DNA of 64,000 bases from Treponemataceae bacterium (GTDB lineage: Bacteria; Spirochaetota; Spirochaetia; Treponematales; Rectinemataceae). The notes below the pieces were generated by a model that was not told the origin of the DNA, did not search any database, and saw only the letters and a program-made list of their open reading frames with translations. Within the stretch, counting starts at the first letter, position 1; each line of letters opens with the position of its first letter. Shown piece by piece: positions 1 to 10,014 of the stretch. The position numbers and the translations under genes are program-made. Where the stretch lies: assembly GCA_963677895.2 (NCBI GenBank), contig CAXXGJ010000021.1, positions 65,736 to 129,735 on the forward strand, written 5' to 3'.

Positions 1-596
1 AGACTCTCCGCCGAATCGGCGGCGCTCTTCAACTCCTTCCCCGCGACATAAGCGCCCAGCTCTGCTGGGACAGGGATCCGCACGGCAACGTGCAGGTTTC
101 CAGGATCGAGACCGAGAAGCTTCTCGTCTCCATGGTCAGGGAAAAGCTCGCGAAACTGGCCGTAAAAGGCGACTACAAGGGCAAGTTCGACTACCAGACC
201 CATTTCATGGGCTACGAGGGCCGCTGCGCCTTCCCCACCAACTTCGACGCCGACTACTGCTACTCGCTCGGCTTCACCGCCTATCTTCTCGCGCTCTACG
301 GCTTCTCGGGCTACATAGCCTCCATCCGCAACCTGGCCGCGCCCGCCCGCGAATGGATTCCCGGCGGGATTCCCCTCGTTTCGATGATGAACATCGAGCA
401 CCGCCATGGAAGCGACAAACCCGTCATAAGAAAAGCGCTCGTGGAGCTGGACGGAAAACCCTTCAAGTACTTCTCCGAACGGAGGGACAAGTGGGCGCTC
501 TCCTCGGATTACAGGCTTCCCGGAAGCATCCAGTATTTCGGGCCGCCCGCCGTCACCGACATGCCCAGCCTCATCATCCAGATAGAACGGAGTTGA
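1..596 (+). CDS. pfp: Pyrophosphate-dependent phosphofructokinase, 3' part (runs off the window start; apparent 1-nt indel near 39-42)
   Basis: [28 protein letters not shown] and KPVIRKALV motifs of long-type PPi-PFK. Frame 1 reads [14 protein letters not shown], then the protein continues in frame 3. Confidence 0.9.
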   Translation, partial: TLRRIGGALQLLPRDISAQLCWDRDPHGNVQVSRIETEKLLVSMVREKLAKLAVKGDYKGKFDYQTHFMGYEGRCAFPTNFDADYCYSLGFTAYLLALYGFSGYIASIRNLAAPAREWIPGGIPLVSMMNIEHRHGSDKPVIRKALVELDGKPFKYFSERRDKWALSSDYRLPGSIQYFGPPAVTDMPSLIIQIERS

Positions 597-600
597 TCGA

Positions 601-1276
601 ATGAAACGAACCCCCTTCATCGTCGTTTTTCTTCTGCTCATGATCCTGTCCGCCGGCGCGCAGGAAATAATCACCGCCGAGCAGTTTTTTCTCAAAAGTA
701 TCCGACAAATATTCATCGGTCGAGGATTACGAGGCGTCCATCGCCATATCCAACGCCAGCCAGCCGATGATGGGGAAGCTGTATTTCAAGTCGCCTTCAT
801 TGCTTCGCATCGACTTCACCCAGCCTCCCGAGCAGGTTATCGTATTCGACGGGGAAAGGCTCGTCGTCTATATTCCGCAGTACAGGGCCGTGCTGCAGCA
901 GGATACGGGCAGCGCCGGGCTGGGCGCTGGAGCGGCCGCGCTCGCGTCCAGGGAAGGGCTCTCCATGATGAAGCGCAACTATACGATCGCCTGGGAGACT
1001 TCTTCGCAGGCGGTGGCGCTCGATCAGGAGCATCCCGAATTGGTCCACAAGATGATGCTTACGCGGAAAACCGTCGTGGAAGGATTCAAGACGATACGCA
1101 TCTCCATTTCGCAGAACAGCCTCCTGATCCGCCGCATCGAGGGCTGGACGGTGGCCAACGAGAGGATCGCTTTCGATTTCACGGCGGTAAAGCAGAATCA
1201 GAACATTCCCGCGACGAGGTTCCTTTACGACGCTCCGGCGAGCGCCAACGTATACAACAACTTTCTGTTCCAATAA
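601..1276 (+). CDS. lolA: LolA-family outer-membrane lipoprotein carrier (frameshift in T6 run at 685-690)
   Basis: Signal peptide from ATG 601. Removing one T joins it to ORF 767-1276 (GKLYFKSPSLLRIDFTQPPEQVIVFDG), typical of LolA. Confidence 0.8.
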
Positions 1277-1296
1277 CGCGAGGCGAAGAAGTCCGG

Positions 1297-2793
1297 ATGG
1301 CTAAAATAGGTTCGAAAATACAAGAGACAAGGCTCAGGAAGGGACTCACCCTTGAGCGTATCGCCGATGACACCAACATCAGCATCAGGTTCCTCTCCAA
1401 GATCGAAAACGACGACTTCAGCGGTTTCCCGGGCGAGCCTTACATCGTTGGCTTCATCCGGAATTACGCTGAATATCTCGGGCTCGACCCCGATGTCATG
1501 ATCGCCCGTTACAGAAACAAGGAAACCGATACTTCGGACCTTCCTTCTTCGGCCGCGGCGGCGGAGGCTCAGGAGCTGGGCCCGGGCGACCGCGGCGGCC
1601 CAGGCCGCTTCGGGCGGCGGAGGCTCAGGAGCTTGCCCGGGCGGCGGCGGAGGCCCAGGCTTCGGAGGCTGCGAGGGCCCAAGCGGCAGCTAAGGCGGCC
1701 GCGGAGGCCGCGACGGTCGCCCCGGAAATCGGCGAGGCCAAAAAACCCAAGAAAACCAGGAAGGCCAGACCCGTCACAGCGGCGATCGCGGACGCTACGG
1801 CGACCTCGGACACCGCGACGGTCGCCGCCACATCCGGCTCACCCGGAGAAAGCCTTGCCAGCGAACCCCATCACGATAAAGGAAAGCATCCGATAAGCCA
1901 TGCGGTGGAGATTCCGGCTGCCCTGCCGCCAGCGCTCCCTCTTCCAGCCGATGAGCAAAAATGCCTCCAAGCCGACCCTGCGGACGGTCATCGTGGCCAT
2001 TCTCGCCGTTGCGATCGTCGCGGTGGCTCTGCTCTGGATCGTGGCCGGAGGCAGGACTCAGCTGGCGAAACTGGCGGTGGCCGAGAAGAAGCCGGCCGAA
2101 TACAGGGTGGAAGGCAGTCCCTTCGAGATGCGCCTCTATGTGGACGACAGCCTGCTCGTTCCGGTCGGCAGCGATGTCTATAAGCTGCGCCTCGCCTCGA
2201 TCGGCGAAAAAGTCACTATCGAGACGCCTTTCGGCCCCTTCGAACTGGCTCTTGGCGAAACCGGTTCTCTCGACACCGACAGCGACGGAACGGCCGAGGC
2301 CTCGGTCACCGTCGGCGATTTCGAGAAGAATCGCGCTGCTTCAGGCGCCCTCCTGAAAGTGGAATTCGCGCCGGTCGAGCTCACGGAAGAGACGGTGGGC
2401 GAAGTCACGATACCCGAAACCCAGGCGACGGCCGCCGCTGCCGCCAACGCGGCAAGTCCCAAGACGGATACGGTCATCATCAAGTCCACGCGGGGACCCT
2501 ACCCCTTCGTCGTCCAGGCTACCTTCAGAGGGAATTGCCTTTTCCGCTATGAAGCCGACAGGAAGGAATGGGTCGAAAAGTACTTCTCCAAGGGAGAAAG
2601 CATTACCCTGAACGTGAACAACGGACTCACCGTCTGGGCGTCGAACGCCCAGGCCGTAAAGCTGAGTTTCCAAGCTTCGGGCGGCAAGACGGCCGACCTC
2701 GAAATCGGCGCCCCGGGCGAAATCGCCGTCAAGAAAATCGCCTGGACTCGTGACGGAAGCTCATGGGCCCTCATCTCATCCAATCTCGATTGA
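1297..2793 (+). CDS. rodZ: RodZ-like HTH membrane protein (at least two frameshifts in the Ala/Glu-rich linker)
   Basis: N-terminal HTH_25-like domain (IGSKIQETRLRKGLTLERIADDTNI...GFIRNYAEYLGLD), TM segment near 1990-2045, DUF4115-like C-terminus, position upstream of rimO. Confidence 0.75.
1557..1659 (+). repeat. Imperfect direct repeats in the rodZ linker
   Basis: GGCGGCGGAGGCTCAGGAGCT at 1557-1577 and 1613-1633, with a partial third copy at 1643-1659. Confidence 0.8.
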
Positions 2794-2801
2794 GGACAAG
2801 C

Positions 2802-4208
2802 GTGAAATTTTTCATCGATCAGCACGGCTGCGCCAAGAACCAGGTGGACGGCGAGGAAATCGCCGCCCGACTGGAGGACGCCGGCTATGAATATGTATCT
2901 TCCGGAGAGGAAGCCGATCTCATCATCGTCAACACCTGCGGTTTCATCGAATCGGCCAAACGCGAGTCCATCGACGCGACGCTGGCAGTAAAAGCGCTGT
3001 GGCCGGACAAGAAAGTCCTCGTCGCGGGCTGCCTGGCCCAGCGGTATCCGGAAGCGCTCTTGGACGATATGGCGGAGATAGACGGCATTTTCGGAAACGC
3101 CGATCTTTCCCTGGTGACGCAAGCGGTGGGAAAAACCATGGCCGGGGACCGCGAAGCCATCGTTCCCGCTCCGCCCGCGGCTATAAACGATGATTATTAC
3201 ATCAGGAAGAGGCTTTTCGATTTCCCCGGCGTCGCCTACGTAAAGGTGACCGAAGGCTGCAACAACCGCTGCACCTATTGCGCGATTCCCCTCATTAGGG
3301 GAGACCTGCGCTCCAGGAACATCGCCGACGTGAAGGATGAATGCCGAAACCTCATACGAAGCGGAATCTACGAGATCAATCTGATAGGCCAGGACCTGGG
3401 CGCCTATGGCTGGGATCTCGCCGCCAAGGAAGATAGCGGAGCCAAGACCGATCTCCCCGCCCTCCTCGCGGCCCTGAGTTCCCTGGAAGGGGATTTCCGC
3501 ATCCGCGTACTCTACATTCATCCCGACCACTTCCCGAAGGAAATATTCAAGGTAATGGCGCGCGATCCGCGCATACTGCCCTATTTCGACCTTCCTTTCC
3601 AGCACGCTTCGGAACCCATCCTCAGGGCGATGAACAGGACAGGATCGCTGCGGAAATATCTGGATCTCGTCGCCATGATCAGAGCTTCTTTGCCAGAATC
3701 CATGATCCGCTGCACCTTCCTCGTCGGTTTTCCGGGGGAGACGGAAGAGGATTTCAAGGCGCTGCAGGCTTTCCAGTCCGAAGCGAGACTGGACTGGATG
3801 GGCGTCTTCACCTATTCCCGAGAGGAAGGCACCCCGGCGTATTCGATGAAAGGTCGCGTCTCCAAGAAAATCGCCGCCGAACGAAAAAAGCTGGTCGAAT
3901 CGGCCCAGGAAATCATCACCCCCGAACGCCTGCGCCGCTTTATGGGCAGCGAGGTCGAAGTAATAGCCGAAGAGTCGGTGGAAGGTTCGGAACTCAGCCT
4001 CTGCAGGGCATGGATGCAGGCCCCCGAAGTGGACGGCCTCACCGTGGTCAAGGGCGTCTTGGCGCCCGGCCAGAGGGCGCGGGTCAAGATCGTCGCCGTG
4101 AATGGGGTCGATTTCGAGGCCGAACTCGTGGGATGGGCGCGGCCGGCAGGGCCAGAAGGACCGGCGGTCTCGGCAGGGCCGGCCGCGCCCATCGGAGCCG
4201 ACGACTGA
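2802..4208 (+). CDS. rimO: Ribosomal protein S12 methylthiotransferase
   Basis: GCAKNQVDGE, VNTCGFIESAKRES, radical SAM motif CNNRCTYC, C-terminal APEVDG TRAM region; GTG start. Confidence 0.93.
   Translation: MKFFIDQHGCAKNQVDGEEIAARLEDAGYEYVSSGEEADLIIVNTCGFIESAKRESIDATLAVKALWPDKKVLVAGCLAQRYPEALLDDMAEIDGIFGNADLSLVTQAVGKTMAGDREAIVPAPPAAINDDYYIRKRLFDFPGVAYVKVTEGCNNRCTYCAIPLIRGDLRSRNIADVKDECRNLIRSGIYEINLIGQDLGAYGWDLAAKEDSGAKTDLPALLAALSSLEGDFRIRVLYIHPDHFPKEIFKVMARDPRILPYFDLPFQHASEPILRAMNRTGSLRKYLDLVAMIRASLPESMIRCTFLVGFPGETEEDFKALQAFQSEARLDWMGVFTYSREEGTPAYSMKGRVSKKIAAERKKLVESAQEIITPERLRRFMGSEVEVIAEESVEGSELSLCRAWMQAPEVDGLTVVKGVLAPGQRARVKIVAVNGVDFEAELVGWARPAGPEGPAVSAGPAAPIGADD
4132..4193. repeat. 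16-bp perfect inverted repeat with 30-nt spacer in the rimO 3' end
   Basis: GATGGGCGCGGCCGGC (4132-4147) and GCCGGCCGCGCCCATC (4178-4193). Confidence 0.8.
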
Positions 4209-6571
4209 TGCCCGCCGAGCGGCCGCTGCCTCCCTACCTGGCTTCGCTCAACCCGGAGCAGCTGGAGGCTGTCCTCCACGAAGGTTCTCCGCTTCTCATT
4301 CTGGCCGGCGCCGGCACGGGTAAAACCAGGGTGATAACGACGAAAATAGCCTATCTCGTGAAGGAAAAGGCCGTCCCGCCCGAATCCATCCTCGCCGTCA
4401 CCTTCACGAACAAGGCCGCCCGCGAAATGAGGGAGAGGGCGGCCATGCTCGAACCCCGCTGCGAGCGGGCCGTCATCCGCACCTTCCACTCCTTCGGCGC
4501 CTGGTTCCTGCGGAGGAACGCCGCGGCGGTAGGGCTGGATTCGAACTTCGTCATCTACGACGACGGAGATTCCTCCGAACTGATCCACGCGGCCCTGCCG
4601 CAGCTTGCCAGGCAGGAATGCAAGCGATATGGCTCCCTTATAGCGCGCGCCAAGGACTACAACCTCGAGCCCGATTCGCCCAACCTCAATGTCTCCCTGC
4701 GCGACGAGGACTTCAGGAGAATCTACGCGCTCTACGCGGAAAGGCTGAAAGCCACGGGCAACGTGGATTTCGGCGATCTCATCAGACTGCCGACGAAAAT
4801 CCTGGCCGAGGACGAGGCGATCGCGAGGCGCACAAGGCAGCGATTCAGCGTGATACTCGTCGACGAGTACCAGGACGCCAACACGGCGCAGTTTCTCCTT
4901 CTCCAGGGACTCGTCGGTCCGGACACGTACATCTGCGTGGTGGGCGACGACGATCAGTCGATCTACAAATTCCGGGGCGCCGAGATCAAGAATATCCTCG
5001 GTTTCTCCAAAATATTTCCGGGCACGAAGACGATAAAGCTGGAGCGCAATTACCGTTCCTACCAGACTATTCTCGATATAGCGGGCAACGTGGTTTCGCA
5101 TAATTCAGGGAGGCTCGGAAAGACGCTGCGGGCTACCAAGCCGGGAGGCGCCAAGCCTCAGCTCGCCCTCCTCGACGACCAGGACCAGGAAGTGGAATTC
5201 TGCGCGAGAATCGTCCGGGACCACCAGAAGAAGGGCGGCAGTCTTTCGGACATAGCGATCCTCTACAGGACGAACGCCCAATCCCTCGCCTTCGAGAAGG
5301 AATTCCCGCGCAAGGGAATATCCTACCAGCTCGTCGGCGCCCTGCGCTTCTACGATCGAGAGGAAGTGAAGGACGTGCTCGCCTATCTTTCGCTGATCCT
5401 CAATCCGCGCGATGAAATCGCCTTCAGGAGAGTGGTCAACAAGCCCGCTAGGGGGCTGGGCGACACCAGCGTCGATGCCATTCTGGACAACGCCATGCGC
5501 CGCGGCGCCTCGGTGCTCGATTCCTGCAGGGACTGCAGGGAGTCCATGCGCGGCAAGGGAAAAACCGGCCTGGACCAGTTCCTCGCCATCATGGATCACG
5601 CGAGAAGCCTGCTGGGAGACCGCGGGACATCCGAATCGCGCTCCTCCCAAGCGGGCGACGCGGACATAAACGACGGACCCTACTCTCTCTCGGATGGAGG
5701 CAGGGCCAATCCTGATTCCGGGTCTTCGTCCTTAGGTCTCCTCCTCGAAGCCCTCATCAAGGAGAGCGGCCTGGCCGGCTACCACAAGGACCAGGATGAG
5801 ATCGCGGGCACCCAGAAACTCGCCAACATGGAAGAACTCGTCAACGCTTCTTCGATTTATCCCTTGGTGAGAGAGGGCCTGGCCGAATTTCTCGAGACGA
5901 TAGAGCTGGACAGGGGTTTTCAGGCGGGCGACCAGTCCGAGGCGAAGGAAGCGGTGACGCTCATCACCATGCACAATACAAAGGGACTCGAATTTCCGAT
6001 CGTCATCGTGACCGGCCTGGAACAGGGACTCTTCCCCCGCGACGATGAGGAAGGCGAGGATCTCGAGGAGCAGAGACGCCTGTTCTATGTCGCCCTCACG
6101 CGGGCCAAGAACAGTCTCTATCTTTCCGCCTGCCGCTGGCGCCGCATGAGAGGGAGGCTCTTCGAGACTTCCCCCTCGCGCTTCCTGACCGAAATGGATC
6201 CGAAGATGTACGAATTCTGGAAGAGCGGAGCGAGCGCTTCGCGCCCCATGGCGGCTCATTTCCCGCATTCCCAGCCATCTTCCGGATCGCCCGGGACAGG
6301 TTCCCATGTGGCGTCCCGATCGGGAACGAATCCCATGGCAGGATCATACGGCGGGCAAAGTCCCAGGAATGGTACGCAGGATGCCGCTCCGGCCGGTTCG
6401 GAATGGAAACAGGGACAATCCGTCTACCACGACGAGTACGGGCAAGGCGCCATCATCAAGGTGAGCATGACCGAGAGTTCAGGTTCCCTCGTCATCGTGC
6501 AGTTCGAATCGGGCAAAATCGCGCAGTTCTTCCCCAAATACACGAGAAAACTCGAGAGGATAAAGGAATGA
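4208..6571 (+). CDS. pcrA: UvrD/PcrA ATP-dependent DNA helicase
   Basis: AGAGTGKT, TFTNKAA, VDEYQD, VGDDDQSIY, LERNYRS, TMHNTKGLEF, RRLFYVALTRA, C-terminal Tudor-like region; ATG overlaps the rimO stop. Confidence 0.93.
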   Translation: MPAERPLPPYLASLNPEQLEAVLHEGSPLLILAGAGTGKTRVITTKIAYLVKEKAVPPESILAVTFTNKAAREMRERAAMLEPRCERAVIRTFHSFGAWFLRRNAAAVGLDSNFVIYDDGDSSELIHAALPQLARQECKRYGSLIARAKDYNLEPDSPNLNVSLRDEDFRRIYALYAERLKATGNVDFGDLIRLPTKILAEDEAIARRTRQRFSVILVDEYQDANTAQFLLLQGLVGPDTYICVVGDDDQSIYKFRGAEIKNILGFSKIFPGTKTIKLERNYRSYQTILDIAGNVVSHNSGRLGKTLRATKPGGAKPQLALLDDQDQEVEFCARIVRDHQKKGGSLSDIAILYRTNAQSLAFEKEFPRKGISYQLVGALRFYDREEVKDVLAYLSLILNPRDEIAFRRVVNKPARGLGDTSVDAILDNAMRRGASVLDSCRDCRESMRGKGKTGLDQFLAIMDHARSLLGDRGTSESRSSQAGDADINDGPYSLSDGGRANPDSGSSSLGLLLEALIKESGLAGYHKDQDEIAGTQKLANMEELVNASSIYPLVREGLAEFLETIELDRGFQAGDQSEAKEAVTLITMHNTKGLEFPIVIVTGLEQGLFPRDDEEGEDLEEQRRLFYVALTRAKNSLYLSACRWRRMRGRLFETSPSRFLTEMDPKMYEFWKSGASASRPMAAHFPHSQPSSGSPGTGSHVASRSGTNPMAGSYGGQSPRNGTQDAAPAGSEWKQGQSVYHDEYGQGAIIKVSMTESSGSLVIVQFESGKIAQFFPKYTRKLERIKE

Positions 6572-7434
6572 TGCAGCAGCTTTCTCGCGAGGCCCTCGGT
6601 CTCCTCGAAACCCTTCCAGTAGTGAGAAGGGCGCGCGGATGGAGACTTTACGGCGCCGACAATTCCAGGATCCTGGACATGTACCTCGACGGCGGAAGAT
6701 CCGTGACGGGCAGGCGCAACGGCGCGTCGGGCAGGCTGGAAAAGGAATGCATAGACAGAGGCCTCGATTCATCCTTTCCAGCTTTCTGGAAACGGCGCCT
6801 TGAAAAGGAAATTCTCGCCTGGCTGCCAGACTATACCCGGGTTCGTTTCTATGCCTCCGAGACCGAGGCGCTTCTGGCGCTCGCCGATAAGGACGCCGAA
6901 TTCGCGCAAAGACTGCGCGCCGGCGATTCATTCCCCGACGCATTGAGGTTTTTCGCTAAAAGCGTTTTCGTGGAAGCGCCCTTTTCGGAATACAGAACCG
7001 ACCTCGCGAAAGATCCCGCTACCCGCGCTTTCGGCGGAAAACTTGCGGCGGTTATCCTGCCCCTCGCTCCCGCATGGAGCCTGGGCGTCATCCTCGAAAA
7101 AGAAGAAAGCGAAGATTGGGGAGACCGCGCTGCCGCAGCCCCCATCCCGACGATCAAGTTCGCGGCGGCGGCCAGATCGCTCTCGGATTTTAAGGCCTTC
7201 GCCAAGGATTTCGGGGAAAAGCAATGGGCAGCCATCGATCCCTTCATCACAGGGCTCTTTCTCCGCTCGGGACCTTGGCTCTACCCCGCCTATCCCAGGG
7301 AAGAACATGGCCAGATCTTTGCCGCCTGCCTGAAAAACAACATCCTGATCTCCCCCGATTACGACCTGCCTTCGCTGGTTCCGGGAGAATTCGACGCGGG
7401 AGAAGTATCGCCGCTTAAGTCTATCCGGCCATAG
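6568..7434 (+). CDS. Hypothetical protein, possibly a degenerate PLP-transferase fold
   Basis: ATGA overlap with pcrA. The N-terminus VRRARGWRLY...RILDMYLDGG resembles the start of class-III aminotransferases. Confidence 0.6.
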   Translation: MMQQLSREALGLLETLPVVRRARGWRLYGADNSRILDMYLDGGRSVTGRRNGASGRLEKECIDRGLDSSFPAFWKRRLEKEILAWLPDYTRVRFYASETEALLALADKDAEFAQRLRAGDSFPDALRFFAKSVFVEAPFSEYRTDLAKDPATRAFGGKLAAVILPLAPAWSLGVILEKEESEDWGDRAAAAPIPTIKFAAAARSLSDFKAFAKDFGEKQWAAIDPFITGLFLRSGPWLYPAYPREEHGQIFAACLKNNILISPDYDLPSLVPGEFDAGEVSPLKSIRP

Positions 7435-7438
7435 GAAG

Positions 7439-8410
7439 TCAAGCGCGCCTGAGAGAGAACAGGCGAAGCGTCACGACGCCCCCGATTATGAAAAGCCCGC
7501 CCCAGATTCTGTTCGCCGTCAGTTTTTCCCCGAGAATCAACGCCGAAAGCAGCACGGTCATCACCGGTTCCACCGTGCTGATGAGCGAGGCGTTGGTCGC
7601 GCCTATTCTTTTCATGGAGGAAAACAGGGAGGTGATGGGCAGGACCGTGGCCACGAGGGCTATGCACGCGATAAAGCCCCACTCCATCGCGGTACCGGGA
7701 ACCTTGACGGGGAGTCCTACGACGAAAAGCAAGGCCCAGTAGAATATCCCCGCCATCGTCATGATGACAGCCGTCGAGAAGAAGGGATCGAAACCCGCGA
7801 GGATCTTTTCGCCGCTGACGAGATAGACGCCATAGCTTATGGCCACCAGGACGCCGAGAAGCAGGCCGGCCATGGGATACTCGCCGGGTTCGAAAAATGT
7901 CACGACACAGCCAAGAAAACTTATGGTCAGGGCTATCAATTGCCCTGGCGTCGGCTTTCTGCGGAGGAAAAAAGCCGAGAGAAGAAGCACGAAGGCGGGG
8001 TAAAGATAGAGAAGCAGGCTCGTTATGCCGGGAGCGAGCAGCTTGACCGTCAGGAAATAGAGCCCGGCCTGTGGCGTGAAACCGAACAAGGCCAGAAGAA
8101 GCAGATTGCGGAAGGCCCTGGATTTCCCCCCCGCTGACAGGCTGTCCGTATCTTCATGGGAGGCTTTTTCGGAACTCCTTTTCGAACCCATCCCCTTCCG
8201 GCCCATCCACTTCCGGATCCCTAGAAAGCACCATAGAAACGCGGAGGCGACGGTGAAGCGCCACGCGAGCGTCTGCGGCACCGAAAAGCCATATCCGTAG
8301 AGGTTGGTTGCGAAGATGCCGAGAGTGGAAAAGCCTATGGCCGACACCAGGGCGAGGGCCATGCCCGCGCCCGACAGTCCCACCGGCTTTGCGGCCATTT
8401 TTTCGTTCAT
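7439..8410 (-). CDS. DMT/EamA family transporter
   Basis: About 10 TM helices; LLYLYPAFV and IGATNASLISTVEPV motifs. Confidence 0.88.
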   Translation of the reverse strand: MNEKMAAKPVGLSGAGMALALVSAIGFSTLGIFATNLYGYGFSVPQTLAWRFTVASAFLWCFLGIRKWMGRKGMGSKRSSEKASHEDTDSLSAGGKSRAFRNLLLLALFGFTPQAGLYFLTVKLLAPGITSLLLYLYPAFVLLLSAFFLRRKPTPGQLIALTISFLGCVVTFFEPGEYPMAGLLLGVLVAISYGVYLVSGEKILAGFDPFFSTAVIMTMAGIFYWALLFVVGLPVKVPGTAMEWGFIACIALVATVLPITSLFSSMKRIGATNASLISTVEPVMTVLLSALILGEKLTANRIWGGLFIIGGVVTLRLFSLRRA

Positions 8411-8438
8411 GCAGCGTTCCTTGAGAGCCGATCGGGGC

Positions 8439-9965
8439 TTAGGCTTTGGCTTCTGTATCGAAAATCGCCTTGCCCGGAGCGAATGCCGATGTATCGATGC
8501 TCGCCCGGAGCTTTTCGACCTCCGCCTGCGTTCTCGCTATCTCACGGTACGCATAGCCGCCCTCCGATGGCTCGGCGCCCGACCAGGCCGCCAGCCGCTT
8601 CGCGATCTTTTCGGCCGCGCGGACATCGGAGGGTCTGGCTTCGTCCAATGGAGGGGTGACGCTTTCCGGCTTGAAGATATCGCGCGCTGACAGGATGTTC
8701 CTGTACACGACGCGTCTCAGGTTTTCGAACTTGATCTTCTCGTCCTCGGCTTTCTGCTTGATCGAGCGGATGACCGGAATGCCGAAAAACATTCCCGAAA
8801 AAATCAGGGGAATGACGCCGAGGCCCCAAAAAAGCCCCGGTATGGGATTGGTAGAACCCAGAAGCTGAAAAAGGTAACCCGCCGCGGAATAGACGATGGG
8901 GAAACCGCCCCGCAGGGCATATCCCTGGGGAGTATTCACATAGATGGCGGTGCCGATCGTGAGCGCGTTGTAGAGGAAATAGCCGCCGAAGGCCAGGTTG
9001 AAGATATTGATGAGTCTGAAGGTCCTGTCCGCCTTGGGAGCGTTGGACGAGAATTTATTGAGCCGCTTGAGGGCCACCGTCGAGCCCATGATTTCGGGCG
9101 TCGTGCCGACGCGCGCAAGCAGCTTCGGAAAATTGAAGTACAGTACGCCCGATTCGGAAACCTCGGGGCTGCCTTCGAACTCGAGAAGGTATCTATTGAT
9201 GGCGAGTTCCGCGTCCACGGGATCCATGCCGGAGATGGCCATGAATTCAGCCATCGTAATGACGCCCTTGTGCGTCTGGAGAAAGGCCACGACGGCTTTC
9301 TTCTCCACTTCAGGCCATTTGGCGTTGGGATCGCCATCGCCGAAGACATGCGAAAAAATAGCCTTGGGCAGAGGCCTGCGCTCGCGCCTTTCCATGAACT
9401 GCCTGTTGCGCGTCTCAGGGCTCTTGAACAGTTCGGAATAGAACCAGATGCGGATAAAGCTGTCGAAAAGACTCGTGGTGAGCCACAATCCTCCGAGACC
9501 GCCGCCTCTCCTGTTGCTGCTGCGGCTGTCGCGGTTTCCTCCGCCCTGCTGCACCGCTACCGACGCCACCATGGCGAAAAGCGCCAAGGCTATGAAGAGG
9601 ACGAAATAGCCGACGAGCATGACCATGATCCAGACCTTGAATACCGCTTTCGCGACTTCCACCGCGCCCTTTTTAACCAGGCGAAGGATACGCTTCAGCG
9701 ACGGACCGAAACCTCTGTAGCGGCTTTTCATTCCATCGGGAAAGGAGTAGAGGATATCGCCCTTCTCCGTGACCCTTAGCCTGGCGCCGAATTCGTCGGC
9801 CACGGCGGGGAGTTCAGCCTCTATCTGCTGCAGCGGCAAACCCGTGAGCCCGGCGAGATCGGCCACCGTGGATTCGCGTCCCGTCGCCCTGAAACCCCCG
9901 AGCAGTTTTCCCCTGACGAGTTCCCTATCGTAATCGTATACTTTCCTGCTTTCTTCTTTAGCCAC
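8439..9965 (-). CDS. Uncharacterised membrane protein resembling the cyanobacterial/plastid At5g03900-like family
   Basis: TVADLAGLTGL...LRVTEKGDILYSFP, FSHVFGDGDPN and a second GSPEVSESGVLYFNFP unit; several TM segments. Confidence 0.6.
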   Translation of the reverse strand: MAKEESRKVYDYDRELVRGKLLGGFRATGRESTVADLAGLTGLPLQQIEAELPAVADEFGARLRVTEKGDILYSFPDGMKSRYRGFGPSLKRILRLVKKGAVEVAKAVFKVWIMVMLVGYFVLFIALALFAMVASVAVQQGGGNRDSRSSNRRGGGLGGLWLTTSLFDSFIRIWFYSELFKSPETRNRQFMERRERRPLPKAIFSHVFGDGDPNAKWPEVEKKAVVAFLQTHKGVITMAEFMAISGMDPVDAELAINRYLLEFEGSPEVSESGVLYFNFPKLLARVGTTPEIMGSTVALKRLNKFSSNAPKADRTFRLINIFNLAFGGYFLYNALTIGTAIYVNTPQGYALRGGFPIVYSAAGYLFQLLGSTNPIPGLFWGLGVIPLIFSGMFFGIPVIRSIKQKAEDEKIKFENLRRVVYRNILSARDIFKPESVTPPLDEARPSDVRAAEKIAKRLAAWSGAEPSEGGYAYREIARTQAEVEKLRASIDTSAFAPGKAIFDTEAKA

Positions 9966-10014
9966 TCACTCCACCCTTTTGCGTCGACAAATATTGAGAA
10001 TTCCGGAATGTTCC

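Noticed and set aside
601..1896. 431-aa ORF in the track
   Set aside because: Chimera of the lolA signal peptide, out-of-frame lolA and the rodZ HTH domain, produced by frameshifts.
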